Virus record (IMG/VR): IMGVR_UViG_2654587728_000014
Span: 1-64,000 of that record
Direction: 5' to 3' (one strand)
DNA: 64,000 bases
DNA from: a virus
Lineage: Duplodnaviria > Heunggongvirae > Uroviricota > Caudoviricetes
Part shown: piece by piece, positions 28,417 to 38,992 of the stretch
Numbering within the stretch: the stretch's first letter is position 1
How the letters are laid out: every line of letters starts with the position of its first letter
Position numbers and translations under genes: made by a program
Notes under the pieces: generated by a model
Databases searched by the model: none
What the model was told of the DNA's origin: nothing
What the model saw: only the letters and a program-made list of their open reading frames with translations

Positions 28417-29218
28417 ACTGGCGTACTGCATGACGCTTCCCCCGAAGCGGGCAATCAACTACCTGAAGTCCAAAGGGTATCAGATTACCTGGGACTGGGA
28501 AGAAATGTGGCAGGAGGCCCATGCCCGCGCCTTTACCGTTGCTAAAGTGACCCGCCTGGATATCCTGGAAGATATTCGCGGGGCACTGCAGCAGGCTGTC
28601 GATGAAGGAAAAACCGATCGCTGGTTCCGGCAGGAGCTGGAGCCGGTGCTGAAGCGTAAGGGATGGTGGGGACCACGTGACACGACTGACCCGGTAACGG
28701 GTGAGCCAGTCACCATTCAGCAGGGCAGTCCGTGGCGGCTCGATACCATCTTTCGCACCAATATGTCCGTACTCTACAGCGCCGGTCGTTGGGCGGAACA
28801 GATGGAAAACGTCGACGACAGGCCGTACTGGATGTATACCGGCATCAACGACAGCCATACCCGCAGGAGCCATCTGGCGCTGCATGGTCTGGTGCTGCGC
28901 TGGGATGACCCGTTCTGGCAGGCATTTTACCCGCCGAACGGCTGGCGCTGCCGCTGTAGTGTGATTGCCCTGAGTGCGGCGGATGTACGTGCCCGTGGCC
29001 TGAAGGTTATCAGCTCCGGCTCTGCCATGGGCCAGGAACTGAAACTGGTCTCAGAGAAAACCGGCGAAATGCGGAACGTGGCCACCTTTAATACCGGCAC
29101 CACGAAGGTGATCACCGACGTCGGCTGGTCTTATGCACCGGGGGCAGCATACCGTCCCGACCTGGCCCGCTATCAGGGTACGCTTCAGCCACTGGCACAA
29201 CAGGAACTGAGAGGATAA
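28397..29218 (+). CDS. head morphogenesis protein (Mu F-like)
   Basis: 273 aa; Mu F family by position after portal. Confidence 0.75.
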   Translation: MSVTTAELAYCMTLPPKRAINYLKSKGYQITWDWEEMWQEAHARAFTVAKVTRLDILEDIRGALQQAVDEGKTDRWFRQELEPVLKRKGWWGPRDTTDPVTGEPVTIQQGSPWRLDTIFRTNMSVLYSAGRWAEQMENVDDRPYWMYTGINDSHTRRSHLALHGLVLRWDDPFWQAFYPPNGWRCRCSVIALSAADVRARGLKVISSGSAMGQELKLVSEKTGEMRNVATFNTGTTKVITDVGWSYAPGAAYRPDLARYQGTLQPLAQQELRG

Positions 29219-29220
29219 CA

Positions 29221-29679
29221 ATGGCTTCCGATAACCTGGTCAGTATCACCATTAACGATAAATCCCTGCGCCGGAGCCTCCGTGCGCTGGATCTTGCTGC
29301 CACAGACCTGGAGCCCGCGATGCGCAAAATTGCCGGAACCCTGCTGGCGGAAACACAGTTTAACTTTCTTGATGAGGGGCGTCCGGGGTGGATGCCCTCG
29401 CTGGCAGCGGAAGAGCGTGACGGGCAGACACTGCAGGATACCGGGCGTCTGATGGGGTCAGTATCAACCGACCATGACGACCGGCAGGCTGTTGTGGGGA
29501 CCAACGTTGTTTACGGTGCCATTCACCAGTTCGGGGGTAAAACGGGGCGTAATGAGTCTGTTGAACTTCCGGCCCGCCCGTTCCTGCCGGTGACGGGGGA
29601 TGGAGAACTACAGCCTGAAGTGGTAATCCCCATCCTCGATACCATTGTCCGCCATCTTGAATCAGCGGCCCGTCGCTGA
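29221..29679 (+). CDS. virion morphogenesis protein (Mu G-like)
   Basis: 152 aa after F-like gene. Confidence 0.65.
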   Translation: MASDNLVSITINDKSLRRSLRALDLAATDLEPAMRKIAGTLLAETQFNFLDEGRPGWMPSLAAEERDGQTLQDTGRLMGSVSTDHDDRQAVVGTNVVYGAIHQFGGKTGRNESVELPARPFLPVTGDGELQPEVVIPILDTIVRHLESAARR

Positions 29680-29724
29680 GTTTTCTCTCTTCAGGCGGGT
29701 GATTTATCATTGCCAGCGAATGAG

Positions 29725-29770
29725 GGGCTGTATTACCTTTATAAAGGCTTTACAGCCTCTGTTTTATAAC
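29725..29770 (+). terminator. hairpin/terminator before a 215-bp promoter gap upstream of protease gene
   Basis: GGCTGTA...TACAGCC dyad followed by TCTGTTTTAT; Mu has a late promoter before gene I. Confidence 0.4.
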
Positions 29771-29893
29771 CGCCTCCGGTTCACCGTATTGCTTTCCCTG
29801 TCCTTCTCCCCTGATGTTTTCTAAAGCAGATTAAAATCGCCGGGCCTGCATTTCTCACAAACTGTCTCCGACAACATAACGCGGGACAGCAAA

Positions 29894-31009
29894 ATGTCAG
29901 CCATTCACATTTTTAAAGCCGGTACTCATACCGATATGCACGGCAAAAAACTGCCGTTCACGCCAGACGATCTTGCCGCCTGCGTGAAAGCCTATGACCC
30001 GTCCGTCCATGAAGCACCACTCGTGATTGGTCATCCCAGAACGGAAGACCCGGCGTGGGGCTGGGTGAAAGCCCTGTCGCTCAGCGGCGTCGATCTGATG
30101 GCAGAGCCTGCCCAGCTGGACCCGCAGTTTGCTGAGATGGTCACCGACGGACGATTCAAAAAAGTGTCCGCCTCTTTCTACCTCCCGGATTCACCGTCCA
30201 ATCCGAAGCCCGGCGTGCTCTACCTGCGCCATGTGGGCTTTCTCGGGGCACAGCCACCTTCCGTCAAGGGGCTGAAACAGGTGTCCTTCAGTGAGCAGGA
30301 AGAAGGTGTGGTGGAGTTCGCCGACTGGCAGGCCATCACGAATGCCTCCCTGTGGGGAAAGCTGCGCGATTTTCTGATCGCCCGCTTCAGTCTGGACGAA
30401 GCAGAAAAAGTCCTGCCGGAATGGCAGCTCAACAATCTGCGCGAAGAGGCGTACCGCGACACACCGTCGCAGGATGCAGCAGGTGCGCAATTCAGTGAGA
30501 CAGGCCAGGTGCCGTCTTCCGCAAGTAACGAGGAATCATCGATGACAAAAGAAGAGATTGAAGCCCTTCAGGAGGAGAACCGCCGCCTGAAGCAGCAGGC
30601 TGCTGATCGCGATGCGCGTGATGCACAGGTCAGACAGGAGCAACTGCATAAGGACAATGTGGCCTTTGCAGAAAAACTGGTCGCAGAGGGCCGTCTGGCT
30701 CCCCGCGCCTCCTCCGTGGTGGTTGCCCTGCTGGATGCCGTCGCCGGTGGCGACAAGCCGGTGGAGTTTGCTGAGGGGGAAAGCCGCACACCGCTGGCCA
30801 CCGCCTTTCGTTCATTGCTCTCCGACGGGGAGCCGGTGATGAATTTCGCCGAACAGGCCACAAAAGAGCGTGTCGGCGACACGGTGAAGGTGGATGTGGC
30901 AGAGTTTGCGGAAGCCGATCCTGAGCGTCTGGCCCTGCATCAGAAAGCAGTGGCCCTGTCCAAAAAAGAAGGCATCAGCTATGAGGCTGCTGTCGCACGC
31001 TGCCTGTAA
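29894..31009 (+). CDS. prohead protease/scaffold (Mu I-like)
   Basis: 371 aa; MSAIHIFKAGTHTDMHGK... Mu I family. Confidence 0.8.
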   Translation: MSAIHIFKAGTHTDMHGKKLPFTPDDLAACVKAYDPSVHEAPLVIGHPRTEDPAWGWVKALSLSGVDLMAEPAQLDPQFAEMVTDGRFKKVSASFYLPDSPSNPKPGVLYLRHVGFLGAQPPSVKGLKQVSFSEQEEGVVEFADWQAITNASLWGKLRDFLIARFSLDEAEKVLPEWQLNNLREEAYRDTPSQDAAGAQFSETGQVPSSASNEESSMTKEEIEALQEENRRLKQQAADRDARDAQVRQEQLHKDNVAFAEKLVAEGRLAPRASSVVVALLDAVAGGDKPVEFAEGESRTPLATAFRSLLSDGEPVMNFAEQATKERVGDTVKVDVAEFAEADPERLALHQKAVALSKKEGISYEAAVARCL

Positions 31010-31023
31010 TTTAAGGAGAGAGC

Positions 31024-31977
31024 ATGTCTGATTACTTAAAAGGTAAACGTGTCGTTGATCCGGTACTGACCAGTATCGCCCGTGGCTATAAAAATGCCGC
31101 ATTCATCGGCGAACGTATTTTCCCCGTCGTGCTGACGGACAAGGAAGGCGTGCGTGTACCGACCTTCGGGAAAACCGCCTTTGTGGAATATGACACCGAG
31201 CGTGCCGTCGGGGCGGACAGCAATGTTCTGGTTCGTGAAAAAACAGGCACGCTGGACCTGGTGCTGGGTGAACACGATCTGGCTGCGCCGGTGGACTATC
31301 GCGAGCAGGCGGAGTCCATGTTTAACGAAGAGAGCAAGGCCATCCGTCGCGCCACGAATGGCGTGAACCTGCGCCGTGAACTTATCGCTGCCCGTCTGGC
31401 TCAGGATGAAAAGGTCTACCGTACCGGGCACGTCAAAAAACTGACAGCCAGTGATCGCTGGGTCGGTGGTAAGGGGGACCCCATCGGGGTGATTGAAGCC
31501 GGTATGGAAGCGGTCCGTACGGCCACGGGGCTGCGTCCTAACCTGATGACCATGGGGGCCGGCGTGATGGCGCTGCTGAAGTTCCACCCGGCGATTCAGG
31601 CCGCCATCGGAGCCAACGAACGCAAGCGCATCACCACAGAAATCCTGCAGGACCTCTTTCAGATCGAAGAGATCGTCATCGGTGCCCCAGTCTCCCTGCC
31701 GTCCATGAAAGCGGCAATGGATAAGAACAGCGTGCCGGCGGATATCTGGGGAGACAATCTGATGCTGCACTATGTCGGCAAACCGCAGCCGGGGGCGGAC
31801 AGCGCGGACGAGAACGAGCCGTCCTTCGGCTACACCCTGCGTCGTAAGGGGATGCCTGTTGCCGACAAATACGACGGAGCCGGTGGCAAGGTGAAGTACT
31901 GCCGTTATACCGATATCTACAAAGTCGCCGTGGTTGGTGGCGATGCCGGGTATCTCATTACCGGTATCAGTAAATAA
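31024..31977 (+). CDS. major capsid protein (Mu T-like)
   Basis: 317 aa after protease/scaffold. Confidence 0.82.
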   Translation: MSDYLKGKRVVDPVLTSIARGYKNAAFIGERIFPVVLTDKEGVRVPTFGKTAFVEYDTERAVGADSNVLVREKTGTLDLVLGEHDLAAPVDYREQAESMFNEESKAIRRATNGVNLRRELIAARLAQDEKVYRTGHVKKLTASDRWVGGKGDPIGVIEAGMEAVRTATGLRPNLMTMGAGVMALLKFHPAIQAAIGANERKRITTEILQDLFQIEEIVIGAPVSLPSMKAAMDKNSVPADIWGDNLMLHYVGKPQPGADSADENEPSFGYTLRRKGMPVADKYDGAGGKVKYCRYTDIYKVAVVGGDAGYLITGISK

Positions 31978-31986
31978 GGAGGCGTT

Positions 31987-32325
31987 ATGGGAACCACTCA
32001 GCAGGTCATTCTGATCACAACCGTAACGGCAGGGGCAGCACTGGCACAGCAGCGTTTTGTCGGGGCAGATAATACCCCCTGTAAAGCCGGTGCCGCAGCG
32101 CTCGGGGTTGCCGAAGTGGATGCTGTTACCGGCGACAGCACGCCGGTGAGCGTTCTGGGCATTATTGCTGTCGAGGCCGGGGCCGCTGTCAGCCGTGGTG
32201 TGGCTGTTCAGTCAGATGCTCAGGCCAGAGCCGTGCCGCAGTCCGGCGACGGTAAATCCTGTGGTATTGCACTTGATGAAGCCGGGGGTGAAGGCGACGT
32301 CATTCGTATCCTGCGCGGGGTGTGA
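31987..32325 (+). CDS. hypothetical head protein
   Basis: 112 aa Ala/Gly/Val-rich ORF after capsid gene. Confidence 0.45.
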   Translation: MGTTQQVILITTVTAGAALAQQRFVGADNTPCKAGAAALGVAEVDAVTGDSTPVSVLGIIAVEAGAAVSRGVAVQSDAQARAVPQSGDGKSCGIALDEAGGEGDVIRILRGV

Positions 32326-32326
32326 C

Positions 32327-32773
32327 ATGTACTGCACCCTGGAGGATTTGCTTGCGCAGGTGCCGGAGCGGACGCTTATCGAGCTCACCAGTGAAGAGAT
32401 GGACTTCGACTCGCCTGCAACAGTGAATACCCGTGTGGTGGACAGCTGTATCCGCTATGCCGACGAGCTGATTGATGCCCATCTGCGCGGACGCTATATC
32501 CTGCCACTGGCAGAGATACCGACTGTTCTGCGGGACATTGCCATCACGCTGGTCCGTTACCGGCTCTACGCCCGCCGCCCGGAAGGTGACCTCCCGGATA
32601 CGGTGAAGGATGACCACAAAGAAGCGCTGCGGCAACTCAGGGAGTTACGTGATAACAGGCTCACGCTGGGGCTGCCGTCCACTCAGAAAGATGTGCCTGA
32701 GCCTGGCGAGTTTCGTGTACGCAGTCGCCCGGCCACTTTCGGCGGTCGTGACGGTTTACTGGAGAAATACTGA
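32327..32773 (+). CDS. head-tail joining protein (Mu gp36-like)
   Basis: about 149 aa from MYCTLEDLL; ORF track 32165..32773. Confidence 0.55.
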   Translation: MYCTLEDLLAQVPERTLIELTSEEMDFDSPATVNTRVVDSCIRYADELIDAHLRGRYILPLAEIPTVLRDIAITLVRYRLYARRPEGDLPDTVKDDHKEALRQLRELRDNRLTLGLPSTQKDVPEPGEFRVRSRPATFGGRDGLLEKY

Positions 32774-33237
32774 TGAACGTTCTGCCCGTCCTTGATGCGG
32801 TACTGGCCCGGTTACGCGAGAAGCTGCCGCAACTGCAGGTGGAGTACTTCCCGGAGAAACCGGCTGAATATCGCCTGAACCATCCGGTTGGCGCGTTGCT
32901 GCTGAGCTATGCCGGTTCGCGCTTTGACAGGCCGGATGATACCGGTGCGGTGATCCAGTCTCAGACTATCCAGCTCTGCGTCACGGTGGTCTTCCGCCAG
33001 CTCAACGGTAAAAAAGGGGCGATTAATGTCCTGGATGCTGTCCGCCGCATTCTCGGTGGCCACACCCCGCCCGGCTGCCGCCGCCGTATCTGGCTGACCC
33101 GCGAGGTGTTTATCGGTGAAGTCAGGGGGCTGTGGCAATACGCCCTCGACTTCGCGACTGAAAGCATCTTTATCGAAGACAGCGATTTACCGTCCGGCCC
33201 GCTGTTAACCGAAGTGAACTATGAGGAAAGCGAGTGA
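32773..33237 (+). CDS. Mu gp37-like protein
   Basis: 154 aa, ATGA-coupled. Confidence 0.55.
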   Translation: MNVLPVLDAVLARLREKLPQLQVEYFPEKPAEYRLNHPVGALLLSYAGSRFDRPDDTGAVIQSQTIQLCVTVVFRQLNGKKGAINVLDAVRRILGGHTPPGCRRRIWLTREVFIGEVRGLWQYALDFATESIFIEDSDLPSGPLLTEVNYEESE

Positions 33238-33488
33238 TGAAAGCATACCGCTATTCCGGCCCGGCCAGCGGCGTCACGCTGTCGGACGGAACCGAAATCC
33301 TGCTCTGGCCGGGGAAGGCGGTTTCCCTGCCGGAGGAGCATGACTACGTGAAGGTACTGGTGGCGCTGAAGCATCTGACGCCGGTACCAGAAGATACTAA
33401 ACCCGCCGTCACACCGGCTGTGCAGTCACCAAAGCGCAGAAGCAGCAGTGACAGCGAAGTGAAAACGGAGGACGCCCATGGCAGCTAA
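33234..33488 (+). CDS. Mu gp38-like protein
   Basis: 84 aa, coupled upstream of sheath. Confidence 0.45.
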   Translation: MMKAYRYSGPASGVTLSDGTEILLWPGKAVSLPEEHDYVKVLVALKHLTPVPEDTKPAVTPAVQSPKRRSSSDSEVKTEDAHGS

Positions 33489-34905
33489 CTATCTGCATGG
33501 TCCCGAAACCATTGAGGTGGAAAACGGAGCCCGCCCGGTTAAAACGGTGAAATCTGCCGTTATTGGCCTGATTGGTACCGCCCCGATGGGGGATGTCAAT
33601 ACGCTGGTACAGTGCCTGTCTGAGAAAGACGCAGCGGCATTTGGCAGCCAGTTCACCGGCTTTACCATTCCGCAGGCGCTGGATGCGATTTATGACCATG
33701 GTGCAGGCACCGTTCTGGTCATTAACGTCCTCGACCCGGCGAAACATAAAACGGCGATCGAGGATGAGGTGGTTACCTTTGACAAATCGACAGGGCAGGC
33801 CAGACTGGCGCATCCGGTTGTCGCTAATGTGGTGGTGAAAAACAGTGAAGGCAGCACCACCCACACGGCGAACACGGACTACCGTGTTGATGCGCAGGCG
33901 GGTGTGCTCACGAACCTGGGCAAGGCTATTGAGGCCGGTGGCAGCGTGAAGGTGAGCTATGAGTACGCGGACCCGTCGAAGGTGACTGCGGCGGACATCA
34001 TCGGCGGGGTGAACAGCGCCGGAAACCGAACCGGCATGAAGCTGCTTAACGACAGCTTCAACCTGTACGGCTATTTCGCCAAAATTCTGATTGCGCCGGT
34101 GTTCTGCACCCAGAAGAGTGTCGCAGTTGAGCTTATCGCCATGGCAGAGAAGCTGGGCGCGGTAACCTACATTGATGCGCCTGTCGGTACCACCTTTGCA
34201 CAGGCTCTGGCAGGTCGTGGCCCGGAAGGCACCATCAACTTCAATACCAGCTCCGACCGCGTCCGTCTGTGCTATCCGCATGTGAAGGTATATGACCCGG
34301 TGACAAACACAGAGCGTCTGGAGCCGCTCAGCCAGCGTGCAGCAGGTCTGCGTGCCAGAGTCGATCTGGACAAGGGCTACTGGTGGTCATCCTCCAATCA
34401 GGAGATTCTGGGGATCACCGGCGTGGAGCGCCAGCTGTCCGCGATGATTGATGACCCGCAGAGTGAGGTAAACCTGCTTAACGAACAGGGGATCACCACG
34501 GTATTCAGCAGTTACGGCAGCGGCCTTCGTCTGTGGGGTAACCGGACGGCAGCATGGCCAACGGTCACCCATATGCGTAACTTTGAGAACGTTCGCCGCA
34601 CCGGTGATGTGATCAACGAGTCCATTCGTTATTTCAGCCAGCAGTACATCGACATGCCGATTACTCAGGCGCTGATTGATGCACTGACGGAGTCGGTCAA
34701 CGCCTACGGTCGCAAAATGACTGGTGATGGTGCGGTACTGGGCTTCCGTTGCTGGTTTGATCCGGCCCGCAATCCGGAGACGGAGCTGGCCGCCGGGCAC
34801 CTGTTGCTGAGCTACAAATATACGCCACCACCGCCGCTGGAGCGACTGACGTTTGAGACTGAGATCACCTCGGAATACCTGTTAACCCTGAAAGGGGGCA
34901 ACTGA
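33478..34905 (+). CDS. contractile tail sheath protein (Mu L-like)
   Basis: 475 aa; sheath family; ends ...YKYTPPPPLE like the FI-type terminus. Confidence 0.9.
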   Translation: MAANYLHGPETIEVENGARPVKTVKSAVIGLIGTAPMGDVNTLVQCLSEKDAAAFGSQFTGFTIPQALDAIYDHGAGTVLVINVLDPAKHKTAIEDEVVTFDKSTGQARLAHPVVANVVVKNSEGSTTHTANTDYRVDAQAGVLTNLGKAIEAGGSVKVSYEYADPSKVTAADIIGGVNSAGNRTGMKLLNDSFNLYGYFAKILIAPVFCTQKSVAVELIAMAEKLGAVTYIDAPVGTTFAQALAGRGPEGTINFNTSSDRVRLCYPHVKVYDPVTNTERLEPLSQRAAGLRARVDLDKGYWWSSSNQEILGITGVERQLSAMIDDPQSEVNLLNEQGITTVFSSYGSGLRLWGNRTAAWPTVTHMRNFENVRRTGDVINESIRYFSQQYIDMPITQALIDALTESVNAYGRKMTGDGAVLGFRCWFDPARNPETELAAGHLLLSYKYTPPPPLERLTFETEITSEYLLTLKGGN

Positions 34906-35426
34906 TGTCAAAGATTGAGATAAACCGCATCACGAATGCCAACATCTATCTGGATGGTACTAACCTGCTGGGACGGGCTGAGGAAGTTAAACTCCCCGAT
35001 GTCTCCATGATTATGCAGGAACACAAGGCGCTGGGGATGGTGGGTAAGGTGGAACTCCCGGCTGGTTTTGACAAACTGGAAGGCGAAATCAAATGGAACA
35101 GCTTTTACCGCGATGCGATGCTGTCTGCCGCTAACCCGTACAGGTCGCTGGCACTGCAGTGTCGTTCCAGCGTCCAGCGCTACAGCTCGCAGGGGCTGAT
35201 TGACGAAATCCCGCTGGTCACCTTCCTGACGATTATGTTCAAGAAGAACCCTCTGGGGACGTTCAAACAGCACGAGAACGCCGAGTTCTCCAGTAGCTTC
35301 ACCTGCACGTATATCAGACAGGTACTGGATGGTGAAGAGCTGCTGCAACTGGACTATCTGGCCAACATCTTCCGGGTCGGCGGTGTTGATCAACTGACTG
35401 ACTACCGTATCAATATCGGGGGCTGA
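34905..35426 (+). CDS. tail tube protein (Mu M-like)
   Basis: 173 aa immediately after sheath. Confidence 0.85.
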   Translation: MSKIEINRITNANIYLDGTNLLGRAEEVKLPDVSMIMQEHKALGMVGKVELPAGFDKLEGEIKWNSFYRDAMLSAANPYRSLALQCRSSVQRYSSQGLIDEIPLVTFLTIMFKKNPLGTFKQHENAEFSSSFTCTYIRQVLDGEELLQLDYLANIFRVGGVDQLTDYRINIGG

Positions 35427-35717
35427 CGATGAGTGTTGAACTGACGGATAAAGGAAGACGATGTGCGGCACTGGGCATGTCAAATGGTACGTGGTTAACC
35501 CTCCTTGATATTCCGGGGGGTGGAAACCCTTTTTAATACCCGTAAAACCAATGACCCGATTGACTGCACACGTTCAAAGGCCCGCAAACTGGCGGATTTG
35601 ATTGAAGCATGGGAGCCTCCCGACCACTGGTTCTCCGGCACCGGCAAATCTGAGGGAAAGACGCTTCTCATCGCTTTCCTGCGTAACTGCAAGGGGTTTC
35701 GCACTTGCTGACATCAC

Positions 35718-35745
35718 AGGGGCTCCGGCCCCTTCTTCTTAATCT
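35718..35745 (+). terminator. hairpin terminator GGGGCTCCGGCCCC plus T-rich tail
   Basis: seen between tube gene and chaperone gene. Confidence 0.4.
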
Positions 35746-35808
35746 CCTTTAATATCCGTCACGCGCTTCTCCCGACATACTGCCCTGAACTTACACAGGA
35801 GCACAATC

Positions 35809-36081
35809 ATGTCACAGACCCCATCCGATACTTTTAAATTGTCTTATCCCTTCACCACTGCTGCAGGCACCAGAATTGAGCAGGTTGAACTGAAACGCCT
35901 GACGGTAAAAGACCTGAAGCAGGTGCGCAAAATCAGCAAAAACCCGGCAGACTGGGACGAACCGCTGATTGCCCGCAGTACTGGTCTTCTCCCGGAAGAT
36001 CTCGACAATATGGATCTGGCTGATTACCTGCAGTTACAGAAACGATTTCAGCTCATCACGGGGATGGGTGAGAGCAACTAG
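35809..36081 (+). CDS. tail assembly chaperone (Mu gp41-like)
   Basis: 90 aa before tape-measure gene; overlapping +1-frame ORF 35969..36226 suggests a frameshift extension. Confidence 0.55.
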   Translation: MSQTPSDTFKLSYPFTTAAGTRIEQVELKRLTVKDLKQVRKISKNPADWDEPLIARSTGLLPEDLDNMDLADYLQLQKRFQLITGMGESN

Positions 36082-36301
36082 GGCGCTGACGCAGGCGCAG
36101 GGGCTGCTGGCGAGATGGTTCCGGTTTCAGCCGGGGGAGATTGATGCCCTCGATACTGACGATCTGGAGATGTGGCTGGAGCAGGCTGAAGAGCAAATAA
36201 AAAGCGAGTACGGCGACAAATCATAGTACAGACAGCCGCCAGTAGCGGCTGTTCTGCGTTATCCCCTCACGTCTTCTCACCTTCCCCGGAGGTTAACCAC
36301 T

Positions 36302-38992
36302 ATGTCGGGACAGTTTTCAGTCGGCGTTGTTATCGGCGGGATGATTGGTAGCACATTCCGTTCTGCAATGAGCGGTACCCGCCGTGCGCTTGATTCCCTG
36401 AGCGATACCTCACGCCGCCTGCAGGAACGTCAGAACGCTTTAACCCGTGCAACAGAACGTTATGGTCAACTGGGTTCTTCCCGGATGCAGCATCTCAACA
36501 GCGAGCTGCTGCGGGTAAGCCGCACCATGGAGCAAATTGAGCGCCAGCAGCGCCGTCTGTCAGCGGCATCCGCTACCAGTGATGCGCTGAAAGCTAACCG
36601 CATGGCGCTGTATGGTCAGGGGATTGAAGCGTATGGCATGGCACAGACTGTTTATCATACGGTTTCCCCTGCCGTTCAGCAGTCCATGTCTTTTCAGGAC
36701 AAAATGATTGATATGTCGATCACCGCAAAATATGACAATAAAACGCGGGATGGACTTGCCGGACAGATAAAAGGCTGGGCGCTTAAATACAATCAGTATC
36801 AGGATGAGCTGCAGGAGGCGGTGGGTTCACTCATCAGCGACAATATTGATAATGTGTCAGATATCGGTTTTCTGATGCCGGATATTGCCCGCGCGGCAAC
36901 GGCAACACGCACGTCTGCTCAGGACTGGGCAAAAGTGGCCGCAGTCTGGCAAAACTCCCTGAAAGGTGCGGCCAGAGATTTTGGTGCCGTTCAGAATATT
37001 ATGGCTTATGCCGGTGACCAGGGGTCATTTGAAATCCCGGATCAGGTCAAGTGGATGCAGTCCCTGGCCCCAATGATGGCGGGTATTGCCAGTGGAAAAG
37101 AGGCTGTTGCTGAAATCGGGGCCAGTCTCCAGATAGCAAAAATCGGTGCAGGTTCCACCGACGAAGCAGCCAATAATTTTAAAAACTTTCTTACCAAAAT
37201 TTTTGCCCGCGATACTCAGAAACAGTTTGCTGATCTGGGTATTGATTTGCAGGGATCTATTGCGAGTTATAAAGCTGCGGGGATCTCTCCGATTGAAGGG
37301 ATGTTGAGTGTTATAGAACGTTACCTCAATGCCAAAAGCCCCGAAGCGCTGGCCGGCTTCAAATCAGCCATGAAAATAAAGAATGATACGGCAAGAGATG
37401 AGGCACTTCAGGCTCTGGCGAAAAACTTTGGTCTGGGCGATATGTTCGCGGATATGCAGGTCATGGCATTTATCCGCCCGATGCTGGCCAACATGGACAG
37501 ATATCGAGAGATCCGTGCCGGTGCTCTCAGGGCTGCGGATAACGATTTGCTTGCCAGTGCTTATGATCAGCGGCTGAAATCTCCCCTTGAAGCCACTAAA
37601 ACACTTATGGTCAGCAGTCGCGATCTGGCAATTACGCTGGGCGATCAATTAGCTCCATCTTTTATTTCTTTGACTCAGGAACTGCTTCCACTCATTCAGG
37701 GGGCAAAACACTGGGTAGCGACTCACCCGCAATTTGTCAGTGGGGCTTTTAAGCTCATCAGTGCGCTCCTTGCGATTAAGATAGCGACTGTTGGTCTCAA
37801 ACTGGGGCTGAATCTCCTTATTTCCCCCTTTGTAAGTGTCTGGAAAAATGCTGTTTTACTTCGGGCCAACTGGCTTCGTCTGTCGCTCGCACTGGGGCAA
37901 GGCGGTAAGCTCCGCTGGCTGGTGACCGGATTTAGCGCCGTCGCCAGAGGAGCCAGAACACTGAGTGGCGTGCTCTCCGGGGGGCTGGTTCGCGGAATTA
38001 TGCTCGCCGGACGTGCTGTTCTCTGGATTGGACGTGCGCTGATGATGAATCCCATCGGTCTCGTTATCACCGCTGTCGCGGCAGCAGCTTACCTTATCTA
38101 CCGCAACTGGGGGGCAGTCAGTGGCTGGTTTAAACAGCGCTGGGCAGACATTCAGGAAGCCTTTAACGGCGGCATTGTGGGAATTGGTAAGTTACTGATT
38201 AACTGGTCGCCGGCAGGCCTGCTCTATAAAGCCTTTGCAGCTGCGCTGAAATATCTTGGTGTTGATCTGCCGGCAAAGTTTACCGACTTCGGTGGCCATC
38301 TTGTCGATGGTCTGATTAACGGTATCAAAAACAAATGGGAGTCGCTCAAATCCAGTGTAACCGGAATGGGTGACAGCATCAGTGGCTGGTTCAGCGAAAA
38401 GCTGGGCATTCATTCGCCGAGCCGCGTGTTTATGGGCTTTGGTGACAATATCGCGCAGGGGGCCGCCATTGGCCTGCAGCGGACCACTCCGCTTGCAGCT
38501 CTGGCCGGGCAGCGAATGGCCAGTGAACTGCTCCCCAGAATGCCCGTGAGCATCCAGGGGCCAGAAATACGGGATAACACTTCAGGTGTTCGCTTCAGTA
38601 TGCCGTTGCCCGATATCAATGGGTTTATGTCGTCTGCTAAAAATGCGATCGGAGCCGTAATCAATAGTTTGTCTTCCATGCCCGCTATTCCGCTCTCCAC
38701 CCGGGCATCGATTTTACCAGGGCAACGTCTGGCAAATGAGATGACACCGGATGTTCCCCGTATCCCCTCGCCTGAAATCCTGGCTGCCGGATATTCAGGC
38801 CGTGGTGCAGCTGCAACCGGCGGTGGAACGTCTGGTGGTATCCAGGTCAGCTTTAATCCTCAGTTTTTCCTCAATGGCAGGGAAACCACAGCGCCTGCAG
38901 GACTGACTGGTGCCCTGAATATGAGTCTGCATGAGCTGGAAAAAATGCTGGAGCGTCTGCTGGCTCAGAAACAACGTAAGGAGTACCGCTGA
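36302..38992 (+). CDS. tape measure protein (Mu-like element)
   Basis: 896 aa, coiled-coil N-terminus and Gly/Ala-rich hydrophobic centre. Confidence 0.85.
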   Translation: MSGQFSVGVVIGGMIGSTFRSAMSGTRRALDSLSDTSRRLQERQNALTRATERYGQLGSSRMQHLNSELLRVSRTMEQIERQQRRLSAASATSDALKANRMALYGQGIEAYGMAQTVYHTVSPAVQQSMSFQDKMIDMSITAKYDNKTRDGLAGQIKGWALKYNQYQDELQEAVGSLISDNIDNVSDIGFLMPDIARAATATRTSAQDWAKVAAVWQNSLKGAARDFGAVQNIMAYAGDQGSFEIPDQVKWMQSLAPMMAGIASGKEAVAEIGASLQIAKIGAGSTDEAANNFKNFLTKIFARDTQKQFADLGIDLQGSIASYKAAGISPIEGMLSVIERYLNAKSPEALAGFKSAMKIKNDTARDEALQALAKNFGLGDMFADMQVMAFIRPMLANMDRYREIRAGALRAADNDLLASAYDQRLKSPLEATKTLMVSSRDLAITLGDQLAPSFISLTQELLPLIQGAKHWVATHPQFVSGAFKLISALLAIKIATVGLKLGLNLLISPFVSVWKNAVLLRANWLRLSLALGQGGKLRWLVTGFSAVARGARTLSGVLSGGLVRGIMLAGRAVLWIGRALMMNPIGLVITAVAAAAYLIYRNWGAVSGWFKQRWADIQEAFNGGIVGIGKLLINWSPAGLLYKAFAAALKYLGVDLPAKFTDFGGHLVDGLINGIKNKWESLKSSVTGMGDSISGWFSEKLGIHSPSRVFMGFGDNIAQGAAIGLQRTTPLAALAGQRMASELLPRMPVSIQGPEIRDNTSGVRFSMPLPDINGFMSSAKNAIGAVINSLSSMPAIPLSTRASILPGQRLANEMTPDVPRIPSPEILAAGYSGRGAAATGGGTSGGIQVSFNPQFFLNGRETTAPAGLTGALNMSLHELEKMLERLLAQKQRKEYR

